A program made the translations under genes and the position numbers. The notes below the pieces were generated by a model that was not told the origin of the DNA, ran no database searches, and saw nothing but the letters and a program-made list of their open reading frames with translations. From contig NC_082717.1 in assembly GCF_030144855.1 (NCBI RefSeq), positions 104,966,001-105,030,000 of the forward strand: 64,000 nt of DNA, in the 5' to 3' direction. Numbering within the stretch: the stretch's first letter is position 1; every line of letters starts with the position of its first letter. The DNA comes from Hypanus sabinus. Its lineage: Eukaryota. Shown one piece after another: positions 25,431 to 39,934 of this stretch.

Positions 25431-26019
25431 CCTGAAAACAGTACATTGTTATTGAAGATTCCAGCTGTCATTCCCTTAGTTTTCCACAGATCCCTTTGAT
25501 CTGTGCCTGTGGAATGTCATTCCCAATGACCAAGGAAATTAACTATTCTGCAGCAAGAAACCTCCCTGCTATCAAAACTACTGAATTTTGGTTGAATTAT
25601 TCATCATTCTATAGCTTTTTTTAAAAAAAAACATGCTTACTACATCTGGTATTTTGAAACTCATGAGGGATAAAAGCCAGTGGTTCACTGGAAAATGTAC
25701 CAGTAAGAATCAATCAGGTTTAAACTGGTCCCAACTAATTCCAGTGCAAAGTTTATTTTGATAACTTAGGCACTGCAACTGACTTTACCTTCAATTGACA
25801 AATTCCTCAAATTAACATTAAAAGTCCAGTATTTTGGCCAAGATTTTCATTCATCTGTCCAAGTGTCTCTTCCTTGGCTTACTGCCCTGTCTTCCACAGG
25901 GAAGCCTCTGATCTTTAGGCTGAAGCCATTACACGAAAGCAAGCCAGCTGTTCTAGGATTGTTAAATATCGCTATACAGAAGAGATACTAAGAAGCAGCT
26001 TTCCCAAATCTTCAGTAGC

Positions 26020-26820
26020 TGTTCATTTCATCCAGAGCTCCCAGTGGCGGTCTCCTCTTATATCGGTGAGGTGCAACACAGATTTTGGGGGGGGGGGGGG
26101 GGGGGGAGCGGCGGCAGGGAATTGTTTCATTGATCTATTGGCTTCATCTGGGATTTTCTGGTGGCCAGCCATTTTAATTCCATTTCTCATTCCCACACCA
26201 ACAAGTCTGTCCACAGCCCTTTCCACTACCAAGTTAAAGCTAGACACAGATTTGAGGAGCACCACTCCACAGCCTCAAAAGAGAGAGATGTCCGTTTAGA
26301 AGAGATAAGGAGGGATTTTCTTTAGCCAGAGGGTGGTGAATCTGTGGAATTTGCTGCCACAGGCTGCTGTGGAGGCCAGCTCACTGGGTACATTTAAGGC
26401 CGAGGTTGATAGGTTATTGATTAGTCAGGGCATGAAAGGTTATTGAGAGAAGGCAGTAGAATGGAATTGAGAGAGAAATGGATTAGCCACGTTGAAATGG
26501 CAAAGCAGACCTGATGGCCCAAATGCACTAATTCTGCATATATGTCTTTATCTTCCTGTTATTCCATGATCCACTATCATTGCCTCTCAAATTCCATCTT
26601 CTTCAGCCCTTGTCACTTCCATCTATCACCTCCAAGCTTCATACATGATCCTCACTCTTGCCCTTCCTCACCCGTCAGTTCATATTCCACCCTTCCCCAC
26701 CACATTTCCCCTCCTCCTTTGCAACCCTGATAAAGGGTCTCGACCCAAGACATCAGCTGTCTGGTTCCCTCCACAGATGCTGCCTGACTCACTGAGTTCC
26801 TTCAACATCTTTTGCACTTT
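26020..26820 (+). mobile_element. Penelope-like element 3' fragment (GIY-YIG remnant, 3' UTR, decayed hammerhead), interrupted by CR1 at about 26268-26545
   Basis: GGTCTCCTCTTATATCGGTGAG (GLL/YIGE), VASHFNS..HSH; CTGATAA-AGGGTCTCGACCC-AAGAC at 26727. Confidence 0.7.
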
Positions 26821-29800
26821 ACATTTTAGCCCCTTACAATATTTTAATGAATCCCTAAACTAATACTCTTAGTAACAGCAGCTAATTGAAGTAGCTGGGA
26901 ACAAAACTAATGCAATTAATTCAGCGTTGTTAACACAGCATCTCAATACACTTTTCAACTGTGTTAAACAAAGCTGTACACTTATTGGACCATACAGTAC
27001 AGAAATAGGCCCTTCAGCCCATCAAGTCAATGTGAACCATTAGCAATTGACTTACATCAATCCTATGTAATCCCAATTTTTATTCTCCCTTTATTCAAAT
27101 CCCCATGAATTCTCCAACTCTCCTTCATGTCAGAGGCAACTTACAGTGGCCAATTAACCTACCCACCTGCAAACCTCTGATGTGGGAGGAAACTGGAATC
27201 CATGCAGTCACATGGAGAGCATGCATACTCCACACAGACTGCACCCAAGGACAGGATTGACTGAGACAGCAACCATACTACCTGTGCCATTGTTCAGCCT
27301 CCTTACAAAAAATTAAGATAGCCAAACAAATGGTAGAGTTAGAGGATTGCCCCAGTGGAGAAGCAAGAGTGTACATGAATTGGAACTTACACAGCTGAAT
27401 ATATTGCCACAAGGCCTGGAAACTGAGAGATGAGGTACAAGCCCATCATTGACTCCATTTTTGCCGAGCTTTTGGGAGATCGAGACACTGAGGTGAATGT
27501 GGAAGGCAAGCAAGTGTTCAGTGCCATGTTAGCTCTTGCTCGCTGCTGCCAGACGATGGAGGCTACATGTGACGGTCTCTCGCTTGCTTGAGGTAAGGCC
27601 CCCTCATCCGGGTGAGCTCTCTCTCTCTCTCTCGCAATATTGTCGGAGGATGTTACTGAAGTTCTGGGTCTGATTTATGGATTGGTTCTCTTGGAGTCTT
27701 TCAGTTTTGTGTTTTCGCCTGTTATTTCTTGTTGTCATTTGCGCAATTTCTTTTTTTTTTGTGCAGGGGTGTTTGAGGTTTGATGTTCTTGTTGCCATCT
27801 GAACAATTTGTTTGTGCATGAGGAGGTTGATGTTCTTGCTGTCGTTTGTGCAATCTGTTTATTGTTTGTACATGGGAGGGGTTGATATTTTTCTTTGAAC
27901 GGCTTCCATGGTTTTGTTTCGTGACTGTCTGGAGAAGATGAATCTGAATACATATTCTAATAATATGTCTTGATCCTTGCTACTACTAGCTGGGTGAAGA
28001 ATATCAAATTTACACAGAAGCGTGAAGTCCAAAGAAGGCTTGCAAGATTGCCCTTGGTGCTACCTGCATGGGGCTTCCACATTTTAAGATGGTCCCTCTT
28101 CTCATTGCCACCATCAGGAAGGAGGTAACAGGAGCATGAGGACAGAAACTCAAACTCTCCCTCTTCACCAGCTTTTTCTCCCTCATATACAGTGGATTCC
28201 AGTTAATTAGGGAGCATCAGGACCAGTACATTTTGGTCTTATGGGCCACTGTACATGAAAAAAAAGCTAGTGTACAGGGAGATAATGAGAAGGAAAATGG
28301 GACAAATGGGATGGTTCCCTTGGGAAACAATATTTCATCATGAATAAGATATGGTTTGAGATGGTTGCAGTGACAGGATTTAGAATTTTAAGTACAGGCA
28401 TTATTATGAAAACCAAAATATGTCAAGGCTGGAGGGTAAGGATGCAAAAAGAGGTTGAGATCAGCTGAGGTACAGATGCTTTAAGTATAGCATCATCCTC
28501 TCCCATCCTCTAGGTAAGCAAACAGCAGCTTCTCAACTCAATATAAATTAATTGTAAAGAGTAAAATCTAGAAGTAACCGCCAATATCTCCCTGCCATGA
28601 GAACTACTGAGTGGTTGAGTTCACATCTAAACTTTTTTAACAGTCTAGCGACCAACAAAGCTGCTGGGATGAATAACAAGGATGTCTTGTTGCTAGCTCT
28701 GGTGCACCTCTGGGAAGCCAACCATCCAATAAAAATGGTTAAATTTAGTTCAGACATCTAAAGCTGATCTCATATTGAATAAAGTTGTCACCTACTTAAT
28801 AAGTTTAATCACTAATATTAAGGAAGAATCAAGTGTCTGATGTGAAGGAACATAGTTGGCATCCTCGAGTCTTATGGGAGGCAAGCTGGCTTTAGGTTGT
28901 TACAGGACATTGCAGAGAAATGGGAAATGGTCTGTTGTCTCCTTGACGAAGGACATACAATGTACTCACATCTCTTTAGTCCTAGTCAGTTGTTGTACTC
29001 AGTGCAAGGCTGGAACAACTCTGCAAGGCAGGCAGCACCTGTGGAAGGAGAAACAAAGTTAATGCTTTGGGTTCAAGATCATCAGTCAGAACTGGGAAAA
29101 AGAATAAAACAAATTAGTTTCCAATAGCAGAGATGGGGGTTAGTAAGGGAATATCTCTGACAGAGTGAGATGGAAATGATTAATGTGGCAGTTTAAAGCA
29201 ATTTGTGCTTCACTGGTGTTGTGAAGGGCATGTCCCACTGCCCTGCCATTAGAAACAAAATAATGCAGACAAAGCAAAATAATCCGCTCCTAACTGCCAC
29301 ATTAGCCCATTATGTCCCATCCTAGAGATATTCCTTTCCCTGCTACTGAAAATTAAATTGTCAACTCTCTTCCAGGTCCTGACAAAAGGTCTTGGAACCA
29401 AAACATTAACTCTGCTCTTCTTTCCACAAGCACCGCCTGACCTGATGAATGTTTCCCTCATTTCCCGTTTTCATTTCATATGTACAGCAGCTGATTTTTA
29501 CTTTGATTTTTCACTCGGAAATGTAGCAGACAAATCAAATCAGCCTCAAGTCCTTGTGCCTCAAATGATGTGTCTACCTCTCTGTTGGTTTAAAATCATG
29601 TCAGTATTTCTCAACTTAGATAGCTCTGAGAAATCAAAGAAAAAATTTAAAGAAAATTTATTATCGAAGTACATATATGTCAGCATATCCTAACCTGCAG
29701 GCATTCATAGTAAAATGAAGAAATATAATAGAATCAATAAAAACTACACCCAAAGACTGACAAACAACCAATATGAAAAAGAAGAAAACTCTTGTGTAAA

Positions 29801-32175
29801 AATTATAAATAAATAATACTGAGAACTTCCAGCTGTAGACTCCTTGTGAATCAGTTCAGAGCCAAGGTAAGCAAAGTTATCCAAATTGGTTCAGGAGTTG
29901 AATGGTAATAACTGTTCCTGAATCTGCTGGAGCAAGGTACCTCTCGCCTGATGGCAGCAGCAAGAGAGCATGGCCTGGATGGTGAGGGGCTTTTCGATGA
30001 TGGACACTGCTTTCTTGTGTCTAAATCAAAGCTAAATCCAACAAACTTGCAAGCAATGGACAATACTGGAGCAGCGAGAGGCAAAGTACTGTAGCAAACG
30101 TTGAAATAGTGTAACTCCATTGTTTGGGCTCCCTGTCATTACTGTTCAATAGTTCTGTGATGAACAATACTGCATGTCACACTGCTACAGGCTTACTGCA
30201 CACTACATCTTTGATAAGGGGACATCATTCAATTCTCATGGTTTCTCCTCAATATCCCGCAAATTACATGTTTTGGAAGGACGTCACTACTGCACAAGGG
30301 CCTTTCATAGATGGAAAAATTTCATTTTTGTGCAAAATTAAACTGGCAAGAATAAACAAAAGCTCAGCATGCACAGATACCTGCTTATCAACTCAGTTAT
30401 TCTGTCCCAGGGTAACACCTGTTCCCACAGGCAAACAGCTTTCATTTAACATGTCCTCCGGGAGTTCTTATTTATACCTTAATAGTTCTATCTCACGTTA
30501 AATAGTTATATCAATCCCATTGAACCAGCAATGGGTAGGGGGAAGAATCGGTGAGAATAGAGATTCTATTGGCTGCACTGAAAAAGATCTAAGCTCTTCC
30601 AGAGGAAATTTTGTATCTTAAATCAAATCAGTTGTCCCTGCAATAAAGATGACAATCAGAGATACCGACCAAAGGATACCCCAAGTGCAGAAGCAGACTC
30701 CAGAAAACAGAACAATGTCAGAGGATTTAAGAAGGCTCCAAAACACTGACTGTATTGATTTCCATAGATGCTGCCTGATCTGCTGAGTTCCTCCAGCATG
30801 TTGCGTGCGTTGCCCTAGGTGTCCAGCATCTGCAAAATTTCTTGCATTAATGTAAAAAAGATGTTGTTTAGTAATGTTGATAGTTATAGAGTAATACAGC
30901 ATAGAAAAAGACCCTTCAGCACAACCTATTCACAAGTTACCATTGTATCCACCAAGCATAAACCCATGTTTGGCCCATATCCCTCTCTCCATGTACTTAC
31001 TGAAATGTCTTTTAAATGTTGTTACTGTGCCTGCCTCAACTACTTCTGACAGCTCATTCCATCTGTGCACTGCTCTCTGCTTAAAGGTGCCCCACACATC
31101 CCTTTTAAATCTTTCACCTTAAACCTATGCCCTCTAGCTTTTAGTTCCCCTTCCCAGGGATAAAAGGTCCTACCTGCTCACCCCATCTTCTCACAAGGTA
31201 GCAAATGTATGGAGATCAATGAGCAACGTTGATTTTCATGTAATAAAGATTCAGATAAATGTTAAGAAAGGCCCAAGGTGAGGTCACAGGAACAAACTTA
31301 AAATGTAGATGTGAGAATTGCAAATAGAACAAGGGAAATTGGGAAAAAAAGAACTCAATGACAGTGAGAAACAAAACAGCAGGAAGGTATTAATGAAACT
31401 GCATTAAAAAGGCTTGAAATTGGCAAGCAAACAATATAGACCGTGAGACATTAGATTTTAGTGATAAAAACTAGGTCACCTACACCTCGGAAACAGTGGC
31501 TTAACATGTCAGAGTAACACAGGAATCACAAAGGAACAGCTGCAACCCAGTTTAAGAATGGAGCACAAAAATCAATTATGGGGTTCATTTCTACACGTTA
31601 CACAGATTGAAAAAAATAGGATTAGACAAACTCGTACAGTAGTTTTCTTTTCGTATTAGAATGGAGACACAAGGCATAAAATGATTCACTGTGATGATAC
31701 CAAAAGTCTGAAGAAGAGTCTCAGCATAAAATGTCAACTATCTATTCATTTTCATAGATGCTGCCTGATGAGTTCCTCCAGCATTTTGTGTATGTAGCTT
31801 TTAAGAAAGATTTACAGGCTGGATTATTAAGTCGCTCCAATAGTTGTTATAAGATAGTAAAATGAGCTATGAAGGTAGGACTTGAGAAAATGCCTTAATT
31901 GAAGGCCAAAGCTTGGGCCCATGAGTATAGGCAAGTTCAGCAGAGAATTCAGGGGGAAAAAGTCATTATAATAGGAATGAGGAACATATCACCATAAAGA
32001 GTACCTCCTGCAAACAGCAAAGGTGCAAACAAGAGAAGCCAGATAAGCACAAGTAATGGTTAGGTGAACTGAGATAGGTATACTGCAGGGGGTAGACAGA
32101 TACTGAGTTTGGGAGTGAAGCTGGGAAGTAATTCTACAAGTAGAAGGTCATATAGTTTTTAAACACTCTTCATCA

Positions 32176-34680
32176 TAACCAATTTACTTACTTTGGCATC
32201 ACAGTAACAAGGAATTATAAGCGTATTTTTGGAGAAAATTTCACTAATTTGTTTGCCTGTTGCTTGGTGGCTGGTGCCGGGGTCGAAGTGCTCGGCAGAG
32301 ATGGTGCTCGGTGTCAGAGGGCTGGTCGGAGGCTCCAAGTTTTCGGACGGACTTGGAGTTGGCTGTGGTCGGGGCTCCCAAAGTGCTGTATTGGCAAGCT
32401 GCGGCGCTGGAGGTTCATGGCAGGAAGAGTTTTTCTTCCTTCTACCGTCTGAGTGAGATGATGGGCTGTCGGGACTTTTGAGACTTTCTTTTAAACCGTG
32501 CCATGGACTGCTCTTTATCAGATTACAGTATTGCTTTGCACTGTTGAAACTATGTGTTATAATTATGTGGTCTTTAGTCTTTAATTAATTATGGTATTGT
32601 CTGCACTGTTGAAACTATATGTTAACTATAACTATATGGTTTTGTGTAGGTCTTGTAGCTTTAGGTTTGTCTGATGGGTTTGTAGTTCCTTTCCAGGGAA
32701 CGTGCTAAGACTGTAGCGTGATATCGATTCGCAGCTACCTCTCTGGACTCTGGATTGGGGATTACCAAACGTTATGTGGTTTTTCTTGTGTGGTCTGTTT
32801 TGTGCTTTTTTGTGATATCGTTCCGGAGAACGTTGTCTCATTTTTTAACTGCATTGTATTTGTGGTTTAAATGACAATAAACTGAATCTGAATCTGAAAT
32901 CATACAAAACAGAGCCTAGCACAGTGGTCAACCCTGTCCATGTCCCTGATGGGCCGAATTAATGTTGTCAAAATGAACATCCTTCCTAAATTCTCATACC
33001 TTTTTCAATCCATACCAATTTTCATTCCTAAAGTCTTCTTTGGCTCGCTACTCAGTCATATCATCCAACCTACAGAAGGGCAAGCGTCCACAACTGAATA
33101 AAGTCCATCTTCAAAAATCTAAAAGTGTTGGGGGCATGGCTCTGCCCAATTTCCGCTTATGTTACTGGGCAGCTAACATACGTTATCTCATCTTTTGGTC
33201 TCATTTCCACAACCAATCTGACTGCCCAATATTGGCGGCAATGGAGCTGAACTGTATTAAGAATTTCTCCATTTCCGCGCTCCCTTTTCTTACGTCTACA
33301 CCAATTGCTAATCCTGTCATCAGGCACACCCTGAGAGTATGGGTTCAGTTCAGAAAAGTACAGTGGTCTCTATAGCTTCTCGCTTTCAAGTCCTACTCTA
33401 CATAATCACCTCTTCCAGCCTTCTATACATGATCCAACATTTCAAGACTGGTATAGAAAGGGCATCAGGCACTTTAAAGATCTTTTTATAGACAACTGCT
33501 TTGCATCATTTGAACAATTGTCTGCAAAGTTTAACTTACCCAACACTCATTTCTTCAGATATTTGCAAATTAGACATTTTATCAGCCCTTCGTTATCAAA
33601 CTTCCCCGAGGCACCCGACACAAACGTCACTGATGTTTCTCTACATGAATCCATTGTGCAAAGGTCTCATATCTACTATTTGTGACAAGCTAGCGGTTCT
33701 GAGGCGAACTCCACTTGACAAAATTAAAACTGCCTGGGAGCAAGATTTACATTTTCACTGTCAGACGATGTATGGGATTCAGTTCTCAAGTTAGTTAATT
33801 CAACCTCTTTATGTGCCCGCCACTGCCTGTTACAGTTCAAAGTCGTACACAGGGCCCATGTGTCTAAAACTAAATTACCTCACATCACCCAGATGTTAAT
33901 CCCTGCTGTGACAAATGCAAAAGGGGCGAGGTCTTCCATATCCATATGTACTGGACATGCCCTAGTTTGGAAAAATACTGGAAAAATGTCTTCCAAACTC
34001 TATCCCAAATACTTAATTACAACCTGGAACCTAACTAACCCTTTGATTGCTCTTTTCGGCACCTCCGGAGAGGGGGACACGCACCTAAGTCCGACCAAAT
34101 GTCGCACACCGTCTTTTGCCTCTCTTTTGGCCAGGTGTGTAGTCTTGCTCAGGTGGAGGGATGCTGCCCCGCCCACCCACGCCCAGTGGCTTAGGGACAT
34201 CATGTCCAGTCTACACCTTGAGAAGATCCTCAATTTGGAAATAAAGTTCCAAGAGGTGTGGGGACCCTTTCTTGAATATTTTCAGAACTCCCAGCCAAAC
34301 TAAAGGTTCATCCCTTCTTCCTTACCTCTGCACATACCTCCCTGACTTTCAGCATTCTCCGGTAAAATTCTACGAACTCAGACATGTAAACATACAACAG
34401 TTTATGTGTTTGGAAAATACACCTTCTCTATATCAACGCAGTTCTGTGGGGATAAAGGTTCTGTTTAACCCTTTTTGCTAATGTAATGAAGGCTTGGAGA
34501 TGGGAATTAGAAGGGGTAGGTCGGGGCAGGGAGGCAACCAAAGCATGATCATAACATGGGTGCGTCTCTTTCATAGATGTGAATTGTACACTTGTTACAT
34601 TTGTTATGTACTGCACAAGCCTCCTTTGTACTGTGCTTTCTTGATTTAAAAAAACAATAAAAATGTTGCTGAGAAAAAAA
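32176..34680 (+). mobile_element. 5'-truncated L1-clade LINE with poly(A) and 11-bp TSD
   Basis: FTYFGITVTRN..., LSMSLMGRINVVKMNILPK, GGMALPNFRLCYWAA, C-terminal HMYWTCPSL; AATAAA plus A tail; TSD ACTCTTCATCA at 32165-32175 and 34681-34691. Confidence 0.88.
32250..32900 (+). mobile_element. Non-LTR element 3' fragment with (GAATCT)n tail, inserted into the L1
   Basis: Interrupts the L1 ORF2 reading between ...GENFTN and HTKQSLAQW...; ends AATAAACTGAATCTGAATCTG. Confidence 0.7.
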
Positions 34681-36518
34681 ACTCTTCATCAGAGACTTAA
34701 TATTGGTTCAATTGTTCATTTCAAAACAAAGACTCATACATTTTCCACACCTAAAGACATTAAGGGTCAAGGGGGAAATTAACCACACATTCCACTTCAT
34801 AGCAACTTATACTGCCTTAAGACTGTTGCAAAACAACTTACACATTTAAGTAACACACACAAATTGCTGGAGGGACTCAGCAGGCCAAGCAGGATCTATG
34901 AAAATGAATAAATACACATAAGTACATAGATATTCAGAGATTGAGAAATAATTAATATTGAGGAAAGGCAAAGTTCAAAAGATAGACTCTTGAAATGGAA
35001 GGTTTGATCTACAGGGAGGCAAGGTTCACTCTGTAGAGAGACAAATAACATGACTTTACTGAAATACAAACCGTCACTGCACTTCAGAGAGTGGATTTAG
35101 TTTTTCTTGGTTGGCAAGTATCAGAAATCACTGCTCACGCCATTCAGGACTAAGGTGAGAAGAAGCTGAGAAATCTTGAGAATTTGGTACCAAGAAGGCT
35201 TGGTCATTCATTAAAATCTCACCAAAAGTCATTGAGTTTAGATTACTAAAAATGAGGAATATGGGCTTAAAGAAGGAGCATACAGCAGATTCAAAAGATA
35301 AGTGGTGACTTTACTAAACAGTGCAGCAAACACAAGAGTTCGATGTGATTATAGTAAAGAAATATGACACTTAGAAAACATCTTCAAAATATGAAAATTA
35401 AATGTTAAAATAGCAAAGCAGTATAAATATTCAGAAATAGGATAGTCACAAAAAATGAGACAATTCCAATTCACAGGTAATGACACAAAAGGGCAATCTG
35501 GCCAAAATATTAAACAATACCATGCCTCAGTATGCAAGTTGGGCAAAACATTTAACAATTCAAGATGAAAAGGCAGGGAGATTACTGACACTAACAAACC
35601 TAGAAGGACAAGTCCGAGGTATGGAGGCATTGTATCTATAAATACTACAGAAGTTAAGGAAGGGGTGGCAAGTAACTAATAAATATAGTTAGAAATGGAT
35701 TATTATATGATAAATACAAAGACTGAAATAAATGTACTGCACAGACACCCTTTGAGCAGAGAAATAAACGAGAGTGCGAGGAAAGAATTACAACAACCTC
35801 AAAATGTTAAGAATTTTTAATATATTGATTATTAATACATTATTTGCAGGACATCAATTCTGAATTGTCAGGCTGGAGCTGCAAGACACGAATTTCTGAC
35901 CATATGATGGAATATATTAAAAAAATACATTTTCTTATCTAAAACTCAGGCCCAATACACAAATTTCTACAGAAAATTGAACACTTTTTGATATTCTACT
36001 TTCCTTATTTGTGCACTCCATTAAGTAACGTACAATCAAGCTACAACCAATGGTTTAATTCATTCAACTTCCATTTCCTCCTTACCATGAAACAACCTGT
36101 AGCGCTCTTCTCCAGCCCCAAACTTCTACCCTTACCCCACCTTAAACCCACTAGTTAGCAGCTTTTATAGTCTCAACGTCATTCAACTACTACTTCAACT
36201 GGAATTTGGTATATATACCCAGCTCTATTCATTTATTCATTCAAAGATACAGCACAGTAACAAATCCTTCCAGCCCAACAAACCTGCACTACCCAATTAC
36301 ACCCATGAGGCCAACCAACCTACAAAACTCAAATGTTCTTAAACAATGTATGACAGCATATCAAAAATGCAGAAGTACTTAAACCTTCTGAGTATCCCAG
36401 CAAATGTGTACCTAGATTAGACATTGACAGGATATCGACAAGCAAACATTGTTTGCCAATAAAAGCAACGAGAGAGACTGAATCCTCAAGGCAAATGTAA
36501 AAGGTGAGTGCCAGCTGT

Positions 36519-37023
36519 CTGCCTTTTGATCGCTGGTGGGATCGCTCTGCTACGGAGAGGGAAGACTGCCTTTTGATCGCTGGTGGGATCGCTCTGCTAC
36601 GGAGAGGGGAGGCTGCCTTTTGATCGCTGGTGGGATCGCTCTGCTACGGAGAAGGGAGATTGCCTTTTGATCGCTGGTGGGATCGCTCTGCTACGGAGAG
36701 GGGAGACTGCCTTTTGATCGCTAGTGGGATCACTCTGCTATGAAGAGGGGAGACTGCCTTTTGATCGCTGGTGGGATCGCCCTGCTACGGAGAGGGGAGA
36801 CTGCCTTTTGATCGCTGGTGGGATCGCTCTGCTACAGAGAAGGGAGACTGCCTTTTGATCGCTGGTGGGATCGCTCTGCTACGGAGAGGGGAGACTGCCT
36901 TTTGATCGCTGGTGGGATCACTCTGCTATGGAGAGGGGAGACTGCCTTTTGATCGCTGGTGGGATCGCTCTGCTATGGAGAGGGGAGACTGCCTTTTGAT
37001 CGCTGGTGGAATCGCTCTGCTAC
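36519..37023. repeat. 47-bp minisatellite, about 10.7 copies
   Basis: Unit CTGCCTTTTGATCGCTGGTGGGATCGCTCTGCTACGGAGAGGGGAGA; period measured from 36521 to 36568. Confidence 0.95.
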
Positions 37024-37367
37024 ATAAAGGAAAAGGCCTGCCAGTGTGCCTGGAGAATGTCACCCAGGTTTTCTGCAGTTTGCATGTGGACTTGGACTAC
37101 AGACTTTTTTTTCCAGTCTATTAGTTTCTATATTCTGTGTTTTTCATCTGATCTTTCTTGTTTTTTTGTGTTCGGGGAGGGGGATTTGGGGGTTGATGTT
37201 CTTTCTTGCTTTCGTGGCTATCTGGAGAAGAATTTCAGAGTTGCATATTTTGATAATATACCTACGAACTTTTGATACTAGTGAATGTGAACTCATTTCA
37301 CGAGGCAACACACACAAAATACTGGTGGAACGCAGCAGGCCAGACAGCATCGAAAGGGAGAAGCGCT

Positions 37368-37401
37368 GTCGACGTTTCAGGCCGAGACCCTTCGTCAAGA
37401 C
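37368..37401 (-). ncRNA. Minimal type I hammerhead ribozyme motif (Penelope pseudo-LTR), C3U variant
   Basis: Minus strand GTC-TTGACGA-AGGGTCTCGGCCT-GAAAC-GTC-GAC: stem I GTC/GAC, stem II, GAAA, palindromic ACGT stem III, GUC cleavage triplet. Confidence 0.7.
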
Positions 37402-38627
37402 TAAGTTAGGAAAAGGTTCAAAGTAAACTTACTATCAACGTATGTATAGGTCACCTAATACTACCAAATTACCAAATACTAATTCATTTTTATTGCAGGC
37501 ATTTTGGAGTAGAACGAAGTACAATAGAATCAATGAAAATCTATACACAAAGACTGATAAGCAAGCAGCAAGGCAAATTGTGCAAATACAAAAAATAATA
37601 AATAATACTGAGAACATGAGCTGTAGAGACCTTTAAAGTGAGACCACAGGTTGTGTTCAGTGATCGGTTCAGTATTGAGGTGAGTGAAGTTATCTACTCT
37701 GGTTCAAGGGGCTGATGGTTGAAGGGTAATAACTGCTCCTGAACCTGGTGATTTGAGACCCAAGGCTCCTGATAGCAACAACTAGAAGAGAGCCTGCCAT
37801 AATTCCAAACAAAGTTTCCCATTTCTTTGAACACAAAATCATGTCATGGATCCAAATTGCAGCATACTTGACTGTGTTCTGTCTCTTTAAATGATGTGAG
37901 ATTACAAGGCCTCTGCTGCAAACCACAAATCAACTGCCTTAGACAAATGAAGCTTGGAAATAGCAAGATGCTTGTACATTTCCAGTTCAAGCTCCATTTG
38001 CAAGCTTCCCCACCCTAAAAAATTAAATCAATAATTAACACTCCACAAAAGTGACTTTTAATTCTTAGAAATAAGAAAGTCCTCCAATTCCTCATAACAC
38101 TACAGATGTTCAGATGCTTTACAAGGATAGGTGCATGCTGCCATTTTACACACTTTGCTCTTAAATTGAAGATCTTGTTTTAGGTCTTCTCAGTTTTAGT
38201 AACGTGACTGCTAGTTTCAAAAGTTGGATGCAGGTGGAACTGCCTTTTAATTTTCCTTTCATACCTCATGTAATTACCAAGATAATCCATATACTATGCT
38301 TACAGCTTTCTGTATATTTTGTTATTCATATCAAAATGCAGAAGAGAGCAAGACCAAGTTTATTGTTCAGCCTTCAGCATGAATGAGGTGGGCCAAGGAG
38401 CCCATTTGTTTGCTGGAAAACTCTATGATGAGCTAGAAGATACAGTTCTAAAAGTGGTACAAGAAGAACGAGATTCAGTGGTCGGAAGTGTCAGGCAAAC
38501 TGAGAAAGTAATTTAAAATGAAAGATGGCATCATGGGCTTTATAAATTAAAGAATATGAGTGGAAGAAAATCAATTTCCAGAAAGATGTAGCAGACATAA
38601 AGTGACTGCCAGAAATATTGTTTTATA

Positions 38628-39163
38628 CACTCTCAGTGGCCACTTTATTAGGTACAACTGTACACCTGCATGTTAATGCAATTATCTAATCAGCCAATCA
38701 TAGGCCAGCAACTCCATACGTAAAGGTGTGCAGACGCGATCAAGTGGTTCAGATCAAACATCAGAATGGGGAAGAAATGCGATCCAAGTGAATGATTGTT
38801 GGTGCCAGACAAGGTGGTTTGAGTATCTCGGAAGTTACCGATCTGTGATTTTCACACACAGTGTCTAGAGTTTACAGAGGATGCTGCAAAAAAAAACACA
38901 TCCAGAGAGCAGCAGTTCTGTGGGCGAAATTATCTTGTTAACGAGGGAGGTCTGAAGAGAATGGCCAGATTGGTGCAAGCTGACAGGAAGGAGCCAGTAA
39001 CTCAAATAAGCATGTATTACAACAGTGGTATACAGAAGAGCATCTCTGAATGTGCATGTCAAGCCTCGAAGTGGATGAGCTAAAGCAACAGAACTCCACA
39101 AACATATGCTCAGTGGCCAATTTATTAACTATAGGAAGTATCTAATAAAGTGGCCACTGAGTG
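38628..39163. mobile_element. Tc1/mariner non-autonomous element
   Basis: TIRs CTCAGTGGCCACTTTATTAGGTA / TATCTAATAAAGTGGCCACTGAG, flanked by TA. Confidence 0.85.
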
Positions 39164-39934
39164 TATGTACATTCATGACTTCACAGGAGGAACAACCTTA
39201 TAAATCACAATAATTATTCTTCTGCCCCAGAGTTTAAATATCTTTCTATACTGATCCATCTGATAAGAACACACCAGAGTGCAATCAGAATTAATTGTTA
39301 TTCAGGATGGAAACCAAAAGCTTGCTCTCTTTACAGGAAGCTCAGTTTGAATTTAAACTGAGACAAGAGCTTTTGCAAGCTTTAAATAACATTTAGCAAG
39401 CTAGAAAAAATGATAGACAATAAGTCAGAATTAAGTCACTCAGCCCATCAGGTCTGCTCCACCATTCCATCATGGAAAGCTTAAAAGGCCATCAGGTTGG
39501 CCCTTCAACTCCAATCTTCTGCCTTTGACATTGCATATGTACGTATAAACGCATAAATAATGCTGTAATATTAAATGATATACTTTGTAAAAGGAGAATT
39601 TCCAGCATGTTTTTTGGTGCATTATTTTGCTACTCAGAAGAATCATTCCTCAGGTACAAAATATAAGTTATTAAGCACTGGGTTGCAATTTCTCCTGCAA
39701 GCTGGAAAATCCACTTTCTTCATCTTCAGTGTAATTAAGGCAGCCAATATTTTGAATTGTTGCAATAAACCTTTCATATATTTCCACCCAGTTTTCTTAA
39801 ACATTCAAAGTTTAACACTTGAACCGCAGCAGTCTGCTTAACTTGCTATTTATTACAAAATGCAGGATCAGAATATTTCACATGCCACACCTTGAAGGTG
39901 ACGATGTTTCAAGCATAAACAATCCAGGCAATAA

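Noticed and set aside
28548-28757. 69-aa minus-strand ORF as an extra exon
   Set aside because: No convincing splice sites or recognisable protein similarity, and exons 1 and 2 already join in frame.
30150-30260. Box C/D snoRNA (GTGATGA near 30157)
   Set aside because: No box D (CTGA) or terminal stem at a suitable distance.
38080-39870. Coding-looking stretches at about 38.1-38.5 kb and 39.6-39.9 kb
   Set aside because: The frames I translated close quickly, with no paired splice signals and no motif I recognise; they may be old repeats or conserved non-coding DNA but cannot be called.
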